The notes beneath the pieces were generated by a model. The model was not told where the DNA came from, made no database searches, and was given only the letters and a program-made list of their open reading frames with translations. From Eledone cirrhosa (Eukaryota): a stretch of DNA of 28,909 bases. Position 1 is the stretch's first letter; each line of letters begins with the position of its first letter. A program made the translations under genes and the position numbers. The DNA lies in NCBI GenBank assembly GCA_964016885.1, contig CAXHJY010001311.1, positions 1 to 28,909 of the forward strand, given 5' to 3'. Below are positions 1 to 11,100 of the stretch, in pieces.

Positions 1-25
1 ATATATATATATATATAGACATATA

Positions 26-61
<36 letters not shown>

Positions 62-70
62 CATATATAT
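1..70. repeat. (TA)n microsatellite with GAC/AC interruptions; 3' flank of the RTE LINE
   Basis: Direct reading. It has a TAGAC interruption like the GTAGAC interruptions of the tract at 2979-3722 on the other side of the LINE. Confidence 0.95.
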
Positions 71-2975
71 CATCATCATCATCATCACCGTTTTACGTCC
101 GTTCTTCCACGCTAGCATGGGTTAGACGGGTTGTCCTGTTGTGGGCAGTGTCTGGTCGGCTGACCATGCCTTGCTCATACAGGAACTGATCTGGCTTGAT
201 TTCTACAGCTGGATGCCCTTCCTAACACCAACCTCATTTACAGTGAGTGCTGGGTGCTTTTTCGTGGCGCCTACACGTCCACTTTACAGTGTGGGCTGGG
301 TGCTTTTTTGCCGTGGCACCTCCACGACCACCTTGCGGTGGGGGGGGGGGGGCATATTGTTTATATGCTTCAGCATGTACCCATGGGAGGTCGGGTACCC
401 TGTATTACTGCGTGACGCCAGAAGTCACGGTCGTGTGTCATTGACTTTGAGAGGTGTAGTTGGGTAAGGTCGGCTTTTATCACCTCATCCCAAGTCATCT
501 TGGGTCTCCCCACTCCGCGGTTTCCATCAACTTCTAGTGCTCTGCACCTTTTTATGCAGCTGTCATCCTTCATACGCATCACATGTCCATACCAGCGTAA
601 CCGCCTCTCCTGCACGCAGCATTTGATTCCTCTTATGCTCAGTCTCTCTCTCAATTCATTTATGCTTTGTCGTTCACGTATATTACTGTTACACATCCAT
701 CGGAGCATGCAGGCTTCGTTTCTCTCTAATCTACGTAAGTCTTCCACCTTCAGCGCCCAGGTCTCACTACCATGCAACATCGCTGTTCGGATACACGCAT
801 CATACAGTCTGCCTTTCATTCTGAGGGAGAAGCCTTTTGCAGCTAGCAGTGGTAGTAGTTCCCTAAACTTCTTCCATCCCGTTCTTACCCTAGTTATTGT
901 ACTTTCTGAGCACCCACCTCCGTTGCTAATTCGGTCACCTAGGTAGCAGAAGCTGTCTACTGTTTCTACAGGGCCCTCCCAGAGATTGGTGGTACTTGTT
1001 TCCTGTGGCTGTTTGCTTGCTGTTTCAGCACAGCTGCTGCATGTGAATCCTACATTCTTAATTAAGCTTCCTGAGATCCCGCTACATCTCTTGTGTACCC
1101 ATTGTTTGCATTTGGGGCAAAGAATGGAGTTCCTACCTACACCTTTCCTACATACTGAGCAAGGCCATTTCCCTGAGGGGATCTGGGTTCTGTTTTCTCG
1201 TCTACTTATAAGGACCTTAGTCTTTGTCATGTTGACTTTGAGGCCCTTTCTCTCTAGTCCCTGCTTCCAGGTTTGGAATTTATTCTCTAGTTCTACCATA
1301 GATTCAGCTATGAGTGCGAGGTCATCAGCATACAGGAGTTCCCATGGGCATCCGGTCTTAAACTCCTCCGTTATTGCCTGCAGGACTATGATGAACAGGA
1401 GAGGGCTAAGAACAGAGCCCTGGTGGACCCCAACCTGTACGCTAAATTCCTTGCTATACTCATTGCCAATCCTAACTTTGCTGACTGCTCCCCTATACAT
1501 GGCTTGTACCGCTTTCACAAGCCATTCATCTACTCCTAGTTTTCTAAGAGCCCACCAGATTACTGCACGTGGAACTCTGTCAAAGGCTTTCTCAAGGTCG
1601 ACAAATGCCAAGTAGAGTGGCTTACTTTTAGCTAGGTACTTTTCCTGTAATTGCCTCACAAGGAAGAGCGCATCAGTGGTGCCTTTCCCTGGTACAAACC
1701 CAAATTGCATCTCGTCTATATTCACCCGGTCCCTAATCAGCTGTGCTATAACTCTTTCTGTTACTTTCATGACCTGGTCCATCAACTTTATACCTCTATA
1801 GTTTCCTCTATCTAGTGCATCGCCTTTACCTTTGTAGCAGTTGACAATGATGCTACTGCACCAATCTTTTGGTATGGCCCCCTCTAGTATTACCTGGTTA
1901 ACGATACGTGTGGTTATAGTGTGACCTACAGACCCAGATGCCTTCAGCATCTCGGCAGCTATACCCGATGGACCGGTTGCCTTCCCTATCTTCATATCTC
2001 TGATTGCCTTACTTACTACGCTGCCGCTGACTTGTACTGCTGGTCCCTCTATAGGGTCTATGTGGGGTAGGGTCTCTTCTTCCCATGCATTCTCCTCATT
2101 TAGTAATCTATCATAATGACTCTTCCATGCATCTTTCTTCTCAGCACTTGTGAGGGCAAGCTCACCTTTATCATTCCGGATACACTTCTCTCCAATGACA
2201 TCACAACTATCTCTGACACACTGCCTCGCAATCTTGAATACCTCCTGTTTCTGGTCCTCACGTTGTAAAACATGCTTGAATTTTCTATCCTCTGCTTCCC
2301 TCCTAGCTAAGTATACTTGTCGCCTAGCTTCCCTCTTGGTCTCTATGTAATGTACCCTGCTCCCCCCGTTCTTCCATTCTTTCCATGCCTGTCTCTTGAC
2401 CTTGACTGCTTCATCTACCTTATTGTTCCACCACCAAGTCACTCTCCTCCTGCTTGAGGTCTTACTCCAGCCACAAACCTCATCCGTCGCCTCTAGTAAG
2501 TTATTTTTTAGGAACTCCCAGTTCTCTTCTACGTTAAATGTCTCTATCTGTTCTTCTTTACTGTCGTAGGCGTTGAGTAAAATATCTTTAAATCTGTTAC
2601 TGGTTGAGGGGACTTTCAGCTTCCAGATCTTTCTTCTCCAGGTTGGCCTCTGTTTCAGGGCTCGTCTAGTTCTGACCGTGAGGTCGCTGACAACTAAGCT
2701 ATGTTGGGATGTACATTCCTCACTAGGGAAGGCTTTTGTGTTTACGACCGTCCATCTGTCACGTCCTCTGATGAGGATAAAATCTAACTGACTAGAGTGC
2801 TCCCCTGATCTATAGGTGATCAGGTGGTTGTCGGGTTTTTTAAAGTTTGTGTTACATATCGACATGTCATTGGCGTCGCAGAATTCTAGAAGTCTGAATC
2901 CTTCCTCATTCCTTGTGCCAACTCCATGGCCTCCATGTACTCTATTGAAGCCGTCGCAGTGTTTACCTATGTGTC
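71..2975 (-). mobile_element. RTE-clade non-LTR retrotransposon, 5'-truncated within the AP endonuclease; ~300-bp 3' UTR and (ATG)n tail
   Basis: Uninterrupted APE-RT frame. The 3' UTR at 88-369 ends in the near-palindrome CCACGCTAGCATGG and (CAT)n on the plus strand. (TA)n lies on both sides. Confidence 0.95.
370..2973 (-). CDS. RTE ORF: C-terminal part of AP endonuclease, reverse transcriptase and PHD-type zinc finger (5'-partial, 867 codons)
   Basis: The frame stays open upstream of Met 2865 to 2973 ([32 protein letters not shown]). Motifs: SQLDFIL and SQHSLV (APE); [44 protein letters not shown] (RT); RRLRWYGHV and GRPKMTW (RTE C-terminus). Confidence 0.93.
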   Translation of the reverse strand, partial: HIGKHCDGFNRVHGGHGVGTRNEEGFRLLEFCDANDMSICNTNFKKPDNHLITYRSGEHSSQLDFILIRGRDRWTVVNTKAFPSEECTSQHSLVVSDLTVRTRRALKQRPTWRRKIWKLKVPSTSNRFKDILLNAYDSKEEQIETFNVEENWEFLKNNLLEATDEVCGWSKTSSRRRVTWWWNNKVDEAVKVKRQAWKEWKNGGSRVHYIETKREARRQVYLARREAEDRKFKHVLQREDQKQEVFKIARQCVRDSCDVIGEKCIRNDKGELALTSAEKKDAWKSHYDRLLNEENAWEEETLPHIDPIEGPAVQVSGSVVSKAIRDMKIGKATGPSGIAAEMLKASGSVGHTITTRIVNQVILEGAIPKDWCSSIIVNCYKGKGDALDRGNYRGIKLMDQVMKVTERVIAQLIRDRVNIDEMQFGFVPGKGTTDALFLVRQLQEKYLAKSKPLYLAFVDLEKAFDRVPRAVIWWALRKLGVDEWLVKAVQAMYRGAVSKVRIGNEYSKEFSVQVGVHQGSVLSPLLFIIVLQAITEEFKTGCPWELLYADDLALIAESMVELENKFQTWKQGLERKGLKVNMTKTKVLISRRENRTQIPSGKWPCSVCRKGVGRNSILCPKCKQWVHKRCSGISGSLIKNVGFTCSSCAETASKQPQETSTTNLWEGPVETVDSFCYLGDRISNGGGCSESTITRVRTGWKKFRELLPLLAAKGFSLRMKGRLYDACIRTAMLHGSETWALKVEDLRRLERNEACMLRWMCNSNIRERQSINELRERLSIRGIKCCVQERRLRWYGHVMRMKDDSCIKRCRALEVDGNRGVGRPKMTWDEVIKADLTQLHLSKSMTHDRDFWRHAVIQGTRPPMGTC

Positions 2976-3722
<747 letters not shown>

Positions 3723-3747
3723 TTCATCATCATCATCATAAAAAAGG

Positions 3748-4081
3748 TCAATGTGCGTGAATGACCAAGTACAGATGAGTTGAGAGAGAAACTGTGTATA
3801 AGAGAGATAAATTGCAGGAGAGAAGACTGCGTTGGTATGGACATGTGATGCGCATGGAGGATGACCGCTGGGTGAAGAAGTGCCAAGAAATTCCAGTAGA
3901 ACGAAGGCGCAGTAGAGGAAGACCACAAAAATCATGGGCGGAGGTGATGAGAGCAGACCTCAGATGGCAGAAGCTCACCTAGGAGATGATGAAGGACTGT
4001 GACAAGTTGAGAGATGCTGTGCTGAATAAGATCCGTACCACCCTTGCAAGTAGGGAAAAGTGGACTTAAAAATGATGATGA
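3748..4081 (+). mobile_element. 3' fragment of a different RTE subfamily (short tail) ending in (ATG)n
   Basis: Translates as [24 protein letters not shown]...[16 protein letters not shown], homologous to the C-terminus of the 370-2973 ORF. Tail is CCCTTGCAAGTAGGGAAAAGTGGACTTAAAAATGATGATG. Confidence 0.9.
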
Positions 4082-4707
4082 TATATACATATATATAGTA
4101 ATAATAATAAATTTGAAGACTAAGGATAAATATATATCAAATATATAAGAACCGTGAACAAATATTACTTACATGTATATATATTATAATAACAGATTAA
4201 AGTTTAAGCAAAGAATCGCTGCTTTCACCCTTAATAGGATCTTCTGAACTAAAAAAATCAATTTGTGAATGCAGAAGTAAATATTTCGAAAAACGTTGCA
4301 ACCGAAGGAAAACAGGAAGATGATACTTTGTTTCGTGGAAACGTTCCCTGGCAAAGAACGGAAAAATATATATTATTGAGTAAAATGACCGGAGTCTGGA
4401 CTGGTGAAATTCCTTCAAAGATTTATCATAGCAAATACTATGTACATTTCAGTGACCAGGTTCCGTATACATACATATATCATAGATTGAGTTATAAACA
4501 CAAAATAGTCTTTTACAATTAAATTACTCAAAGAAGGGAATCTTTCCGAGCCGTGTAATATAATTAGATATATGAGAGGGATGAACAACACTGAGCGCCT
4601 TTTTGTATTCCATGTGTCTAACACACGTGGACATGCCCACAAAGTAAGAAAACAGCACAGTTCCCATGACTTTCGGAAACATTTTTTCACGCTCAGAGTT
4701 GCTGAAG

Positions 4708-5931
4708 CATGGAACAAACTACCTGCATCAGTTGTTAGCTGTCGAGACACTGCATCCTTTAAAACCTCCATAGAACAAACTACCTGCATTAGTTGTTAGC
4801 TGTCGAGACACTGCATTCTTTAAAACCTCCATAGAACAAACTACCTGCATTAGTTGTTAGCTGTCGAGACACTGCATCCTTTAAAACCTCCATGGAACAA
4901 ACTACCTGCATCAGTTGTTAGTTGTCGAGACACTGCATCCTTTAAGGCCTCCATGGAACAAACTACCTGCATCAGTTGTTAGCTGTCGAGACACTGCATC
5001 CTTTCAAACCTCCATGGAACAAACTACCTGCATCAGTTGTTAGCTGTCGAGACACTGCATCCTTTAAAACCTCCATGGAACAAACTCCCTGCATCAGTTG
5101 TTAGCTGTCGAGACACTGCATCCTTAAAGGCCTCCATGGATCAAACTACCTGCATCAGTTGTTAGCTGTCGAGACACTGCATCCTTTAAGGCCTCCATGG
5201 AACAAACAACCTGCATCAGTTGTTAGCTGTCGAGACACTGCATCCTTTAAGGCCTCCATGGAACAAACTACCTGCATCAGTTGTTAACTGTCGAGACACT
5301 GCATCCTTTAAGGCCTCCATGGAACAAACTACCTGCATCAGTTGTTAACTGTCGAGACACTGCATCCTTTAAGGCCTCCATGGAACAAACTACCTGCATC
5401 AGTTGTTAACTGTCGAGACACTGCATCCTTTAAGGCCTCCATAGAACAAACTACCTGCATCAGTTGTTAGCTGTCGAGACACTGCATCCTTTAAGGCCTC
5501 CATGGAACAAACTACCTGCATCAGTTGTTAGCTGTCGAGACACTGCATCCTTTAAAGCCTCCATAGAACAAACTACCTGCATCAGTTGTTAGCTGTCGAG
5601 ACACTGCATCCTTTAAGGCCTCCATGGAACAAACTACCTGCATCAGTTGTTAGCTGTCGAGACACTGCATCCTTTAAGGCCTCCATGGAACAAACAACCT
5701 GCATCAGTTGTTAGCTGTCGAGACCCTGCATCCTTTAAGGCCTCCATGGAACAAACAACCTGCATCAGTTGTTAGCTGTCGAGACACTGCATCCTTTAAG
5801 GCCTCCATGGAACAAACTACCTGCATCAGTTGTTAGCTGTCGAGACACTGCATCCTTTAAGGCCTCCATGGAACAAACTACCTGCATCAGTTGTTAGCTG
5901 TCGAGACACTGCATCCTTTAAGGCCTCCATG
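4708..5931 (+). repeat. 61-bp tandem repeat, 20 copies, derived from CR1 ORF2 coding sequence
   Basis: Unit CATGGAACAAACTACCTGCATCAGTTGTTAGCTGTCGAGACACTGCATCCTTTAAGGCCTC. CATG at 4708 and at 5928 are 1220 bp (20x61) apart. Confidence 0.97.
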
Positions 5932-6013
5932 CTTCCCGAGATCCGCCAACACTACAGCTAACACATACACACATGTACTTCCCTGACATTTGTGTATTAT
6001 TCTATGTACTATA

Positions 6014-6200
6014 CGGTGGATTGGCAGTATCGGTAGAGGGTCGGACGCCATGCTTTCCAGCATAGTTACGTCCCTTTACGATCTGAGTTCAAATCCCGCC
6101 GAGGTTGACTTTGCCTTTCATCCTTACGGGGTCGATAAAATAAAGTACCAGTAATGCACTGGGTAATTGCTGGCCTTGTGCCTAAAGTAGAAACAATTAT
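6014..6200 (+). mobile_element. tRNA-derived SINE with ~19-bp target-site duplication
   Basis: A-box-like TGGCAGTATCGG, B-box-like GAGTTCAAATCC, core GCCTTTCATCCTTACGGGGTCGATAAA and an ATT tail. ATTATTCTATGTACTATAC is repeated at 5996-6014 and 6196-6214. Two more copies lie at 20952-21336. Confidence 0.9.
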
Positions 6201-6280
6201 TCTATGTACTATACATACACCTTTGACGAGTTGTAGTGCACCTGAGCACTTTACACAATAATTTCATTATTATTATTATT

Positions 6281-6442
6281 ATGTGTTCCAATTGCAAATG
6301 ACCAAGTTAACTAGGTTGAAAAATACTAACTTAAAACAATATGGTTTGCCTGACTTGATTTAAAGTAAGTTAGGCAAACCATATTATTTTAAGTTAGTAT
6401 TTTTCAACTTAGCTAACTTGGTCATTTGCAATTGGAACACAT
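6281..6442. mobile_element. 162-bp near-perfect palindrome (foldback/MITE-like)
   Basis: Arms 6281-6356 and 6367-6442 match at 72 of 76 positions around a 10-nt loop. The palindrome is certain; the MITE identity is inferred. Confidence 0.75.
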
Positions 6443-6522
6443 GTATACTTACATACACATACACATATATATATATATATTACACACACACACATACATA
6501 CACAATGGCTAGTATAGTAGCA

Positions 6523-6625
6523 GTGGTGGTGGTGGTGGTGTTGCATCTGTATTTAAACAACCTGTTTCACCATGTTTCTGTGCACATCAGTGAACTGGTG
6601 CTGTTGTTAGGGGTGGTGGTGGTAG

Positions 6626-6656
<31 letters not shown>

Positions 6657-7549
6657 GGTGTTGGTGTTGGGAGTGTTGTTGTTAGGGGTGGTGGTGGTAG
6701 TGTTGTTGTTGTTGGTGGTGGTGGTGGTGGTGGTGGTGGTGGTGGTGGTGGTGGTGGTGGTGATGTTGTTGGTGATGTTGGTGGTGGTGATGTTGGTGGT
6801 GGTGGTGGTGATGTTGGTGGTGGTGGTGGTGATGTTGGTGGTGGTGGTGTTGATGTTGGTGGTGGTGGTGATGTTGGTGGTGGTGGTGTTGATGTTGTTG
6901 GTGGTGGTGGTGGTGTTGGTGGTGGTGGTGGTGGTGGTGGTGGTGGTGGTGATGTTGTTGGTGGTGGTGGTGGTGGTGGTGGTGGTGGTGGTGATGTTGT
7001 TGGTGGTGGTGGTGGTGATGTTGGTGGTGTTAGTGTTGGTAGTGTTGTTGTTGTTGGTGATGGTGGTGGTGGTGGTGTTGTTGTTGGTGGTGGTGGTGGT
7101 GATGTTGTTGGTGGTGGTGGTGGTGATGGTGGTGGTGGTGGTGGTGATGTTGTTGGTGGTGGTGGTGGTGGTGATGTTGGTGGTGTTAGTGTTGGTAGTG
7201 TTGTTGTTGTTGTTGTTGTTGGTGTTGGTAGTGTTGTTGTTGTTGTTGTTGTTGGTGGTGTTAGTGTTGGTAGTGTTGGTGTTGGTGTTGTTGTTGTTGT
7301 TGTTGTTGGTGTTGGTAGTGTTGTTGTTGTTGTTGGTGTTGGTAGTGTTGTTGTTGTTGTTGTTGGTGGTGTTAGTGTTGGTAGTGTTGTTGTTGTTGGT
7401 GTTGGTAGTGTTGTTGTTGTTGGTGGTGGTGGTGTTGGTGGTGGTGATGTTGGTGGTGTTAGTGTTGGTAGTGTTGTTGTTGGTGGTGGTGGTGTTAGTG
7501 TTGGTAGTGTTGTTGTTGTTGTTGTTGGAGGTGGTGTTAGTGTTGGTAG

Positions 7550-7580
<31 letters not shown>

Positions 7581-7625
7581 GTTAGTGTTGGTAGTGTTGT
7601 TGTTGTTGTTGTTGGTGGTGGTGGT
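6523..7625. repeat. Mosaic trinucleotide simple repeat (GGT/GTT/GAT/AGT)n
   Basis: Direct reading. It is GGT-rich on the left and shifts to GTT-rich on the right. Confidence 0.95.
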
Positions 7626-7754
7626 GCTATATAGGTCTTCAACACAACATACACACATCTGTTTGTGTGTGTGTTCACATTGTGGTCTGTCTAAGTATGT
7701 GTACATTGTGTTGGAATGTGTGTGCTGTAATGTATATAAACATATACATGTATG

Positions 7755-7785
<31 letters not shown>

Positions 7786-7820
7786 ATATATGTATGTCTC
7801 TCTCTCTCATGCTCTTTCAC

Positions 7821-7905
7821 TCATCATCATCATCATCATTTTTAAATCCGTTTTTCCATGCTTGCATGGGTTGGACTGGTCCTTCTCAGCATGGCATCCC
7901 TCCTG
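7821..7905 (-). mobile_element. Extreme 3' end of the short-tail RTE subfamily
   Basis: The minus strand encodes RRDAMLRRTSPTHASMEKRI* followed by (ATG)n. The tail matches the one at 4040-4081. Confidence 0.75.
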
Positions 7906-7959
7906 GGCTCAACAGTGGTTTCAACAGGACAGGGCCAGCCGAGGTCAAGCGTCGCATAG

Positions 7960-8394
7960 GTAAAACCTTTACTGTGAAAATACAATAGTATATATAGAGT
8001 AATGTAAATGCTATGTGAGATATTATGTGAGGTAAAGCCTTTACTGTGAAAATACAATAGTATATATAGAGTAATGTAAATGCTATGTGAGATATTATGT
8101 GAGGTAAAGCCTTTACTGTGACAATACAATAGTATATATAGAGTAATGTAAATGTTATGTGAGGTATTATGTGAGGTAAAGCCTTTACTGTGACAATACA
8201 ATAGTATATATAGAGTAATGTAAATGTTATGCCAGATATTATGTGAGGTAAAGCCTTTACTGTGAAAATACAATAGTATATATAGAGTAATGTAAATGTT
8301 GTGTGAGATATTATGTGAGGTAAAGCCTTTACTGTGAAAATACAATAGTATATATAGAGTAATGTAAATGTTATGTGAGATATTATGTGAGGTA
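7960..8394 (+). repeat. 72-bp tandem repeat, 6 copies (same unit as at 14375-14657)
   Basis: Unit GTAAAGCCTTTACTGTGAAAATACAATAGTATATATAGAGTAATGTAAATGTTATGTGAGATATTATGTGAG, starting at 7960, 8032 and so on to 8320. Confidence 0.95.
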
Positions 8395-8513
8395 ATGGTG
8401 ATGGTGGTAGTGGGGGAGGACAGGACTATGTGGAAGGTGAAGGTGGTAAAGTGTAGTAGCACTTAGAGAGAGAGATTTCTTCACTGCTACAGGTAGCCTA
8501 CTCCGTGCCGGTG

Positions 8514-8653
8514 GTGTGTGCTGTAATGTATATAAATATATAAATGTATGTATATATATATATATATATGTCCCTCTCTCTTATACTCTTTCTCTCATCA
8601 TCATCATCATTTTTAAGCCCATTTTTCCATGCTTGCATGGGTTGGACAGGTCC
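8514..8653 (+). repeat. Diverged direct duplicate of 7718-7882 (microsatellite plus RTE tail)
   Basis: GTGTGTGCTGTAATGTATATAAA...(TA)n...(CAT)n TTTTAA...TTTTTCCATGCTTGCATGGGTTGGAC.GGTCC occurs at both sites. Confidence 0.9.
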
Positions 8654-10721
8654 TAGGGCCAAGGACACCAGAAGTCTCCACTGCTACAGGTAGCCATCTC
8701 TGTGGTGATGGTGGTAAGTAGGGAGGTGGTCCAAGGGCCAAGGACACCAGAAGTCTCCACTGCTACAGGTAGCCATCTCTGTGGTGATGGTGGTAAGTAG
8801 GGAGGTGGTCCAAGGGCCAAGGACACCAGAAGTCTCCACTGCTACAGGTAGCCATCTCTGTGGTGATGGTGGTGAGTAGGGAGGTGGTCCAAGGGCCAAG
8901 GACACCAGAAGTCTCCACTGCTACAGGTAGCCAACTCTGTGGTGATGGTGGTGAGTAGGGAGGTGGTCCTAGGGCCAAGGACACCAGAAGTCTCCACTGC
9001 TACAGGTAACCAACTCTGTGGTGAGTAGGGAGGTGGTCCAAGGGCCAAGGACACCAGAAGTCTCCACTGCTACAGGTAGCCAACTCTGTGGTGAGTAGGG
9101 AGGTGGTCCAAGGGCCAAGGACACCAGAAGTCTCCACTGCTACAGGTAACCAACTCTGTGGTGAGTAGGGAGGTGGTCCAAGGGCCAAGGACACCAGAAG
9201 TCTCCACTGCTACAGGTAGCCAACTCTGTGGTGAGTAGGGAGGTGGTTCTAGGGCCAAGGACACCAGAAGTCTCCACTGCTACAGGTAGCCAACTCTGTG
9301 GTGAGTAGGGAGGTGGTTCTAGGGCCAAGGACACCAGAAGTCTCTACTGCTACAGATAGCCTACAGGTAGCCAACTCTGTGGTGATGGTGGTGAGTAGGG
9401 AGGTGGTCCTAGGGCCAAGGACACCAGAAGTCTCTACTGCTACAGGTAGCCAACTCTGTGGTGATGGTGGTGAGTAGGGAGGTGGTCCTAGGGCCAAGGA
9501 CACCAGAAGTCTCCACTGCTACAGGTAGCCAACTCTGTGGTGAGTAGGGAGGTGGTCCTAGGGCCAAGGACACCAGAAGTCTCCACTGCTACAGGTAGCC
9601 AACTCTGTGGTGAGTAGGGAGGTGGTCCTAGGGCCAAGGACACCAGAAGTCTCCACTGCTACAGGTAGCCAACTCTGTGGTGAGTAGGGAGGTGGTCCAA
9701 GGGCCAAGGACACCAGAAGTCTCCACTGCTACAGGTAACCAACTCTGTGGTGAGTAGGGAGGTGGTCCTAGGGCCAAGGACACCAGAAGTCTCCACTGCT
9801 ACAGGTAGCCAACTCTGTGGTGATGGTGGTGAGTAGGGAGGTGGTCCTAGGGCCAAGGACACCAGAAGTCTCCACTGCTACAGGTAGCCAACTCTGTGGT
9901 GAGTAGTGAGGTGGTCCTAGGGCCAAGGACACCAGAAGTCTCCACTGCTACAGGTAGCCAACTCTGTGGTGAGTAGGGAGGTGGTCCTAGGGCCAAGGAC
10001 ACCAGAAGTCTCCACTGCTACAGGTAGCCAACTCTGTGGTGAGTAGGGAGGTGGTCCAAGGGCCAAGGACACCAGAAGTCTCCACTGCTACAGGTAACCA
10101 ACTCTGTGGTGAGTAGGGAGGTGGTCCAAGGGCCAAGGACACCAGAAGTCTCCACTGCTACAGGTAGCCAACTCTGTGGTGATGGTGGTGAGTAGGGAGG
10201 TGGTCCTAGGGCCAAGGACACCAGAAGTCTCCACTGCTACAGGTAACCAACTCTGTGGTGAGTAGGGAGGTGGTCCAAGGGCCAAGGACACCAGAAGTCT
10301 CCACTGCTACAGGTAGCCAACTCTGTGGTGAGTAGGGAGGTGGTCCAAGGGCCAAGGACACCAGAAGTCTCCACTGCTACAGGTAACCAACTCTGTGGTG
10401 AGTAGGGAGGTGGTCCAAGGGCCAAGGACACCAGAAGTCTCCACTGCTACAGGTAGCCAACTCTGTGGTGAGTAGGGAGGTGGTCCAAGGGCCAAGGACA
10501 CCAGAAGTCTCCACTGCTACAGGTAGCCAACTCTGTGGTGAGTAGGGAGGTGGTCCTAGGGCCAATGACACCAGAAGTCTCTACTGCTACAGGTAGCCAA
10601 CTCTGTGGTGATGGTGGTGAGTAGGGAGGTGGTCCTAGGGCCAAGGACACCAGAAGTCTCCACCGCTACAGATAGCCTACAGGTAGCCAACTCTATGGCT
10701 ATGGTGGTCAGTAGGGAGGTG
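8649..10721 (-). repeat. 70/79-bp tandem repeat, about 28 copies, probably derived from the restriction-like endonuclease end of a CRE-type non-LTR element
   Basis: The plus-strand unit is GGGCCAAGGACACCAGAAGTCTCCACTGCTACAGGTAGCCAACTCTGTGGTGAGTAGGGAGGTGGTCC(A/T)A, with or without 9 extra bp. The minus strand gives LPVAVETSGVLGP and RLSVAV. The array is certain; the origin is inferred. Confidence 0.85.
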
Positions 10722-10850
10722 ACGCTGGGGTCACATTCTGGAGCCAATAAATATATAGACAAAGACAAGAAACAATAGATGTAAAGTTTAAAACATTTTT
10801 ATTATTCACAGAAATACAGATTGTACAATAAATAAGATAATGAAAGCACA

Positions 10851-10851
<1 letters not shown>

Positions 10852-10881
<30 letters not shown>

Positions 10882-11100
10882 TTAATGGTCTTTCTCCACG
10901 ATGGCCCTCGGACGTCTTCCCCCTATTGGGGAATTTTTCATTGTTCTTTTTTTGTTACATACTCTGTTTTTTTTTTTTTTACACGCAGAAATGCCCATTT
11001 GTACCATCCTTTATTGTCCTGTACTGTCCTTAATGTCTACTTTGTGTAAACCCTTGTGGTTAATAAAGAAAGCATTATTATTATTATTATTATTATTATT
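10852..11100 (+). mobile_element. Probable LINE 3' UTR fragment between two (TTA)n tracts
   Basis: T-rich body with AATAAA immediately before an (ATT)n tail, and (TTA)n on the left side. No coding motif is present, so the family is unassigned. Confidence 0.4.

Larger units (their letters stand above)
4566..6281 (+). mobile_element. 3' end of a CR1-clade LINE, interrupted by a 61-bp tandem array and a SINE, ending in an (ATT)n tail
   Basis: NTRGHAHKVRK...DFRKHFFTLRVAEAWNKLPASVV...SFK is the typical CR1 ORF2 C-terminus. The frame resumes after the array (MLPEIRQHYS*). (ATT)n lies at about 6267-6281. Confidence 0.85.

Noticed and set aside
500-2791. Plus-strand ORFs of 66-209 aa overlapping the LINE, and minus-strand ORFs at 22087-23130
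   Set aside because: They are antisense shadows of the RT ORF with no recognisable motifs.
6014-6105. Possible tRNA gene
   Set aside because: A- and B-box-like motifs are present, but the spacing is too long for a standard cloverleaf, and it continues into a SINE body with tail and TSD.
6418-7845. 475-aa Val/Leu, 417-aa Thr/Asn and 363-aa Pro/Thr 'mucin- or extensin-like' ORFs
   Set aside because: These are alternative frames of a trinucleotide simple repeat, with no non-repetitive domain or convincing splice context.
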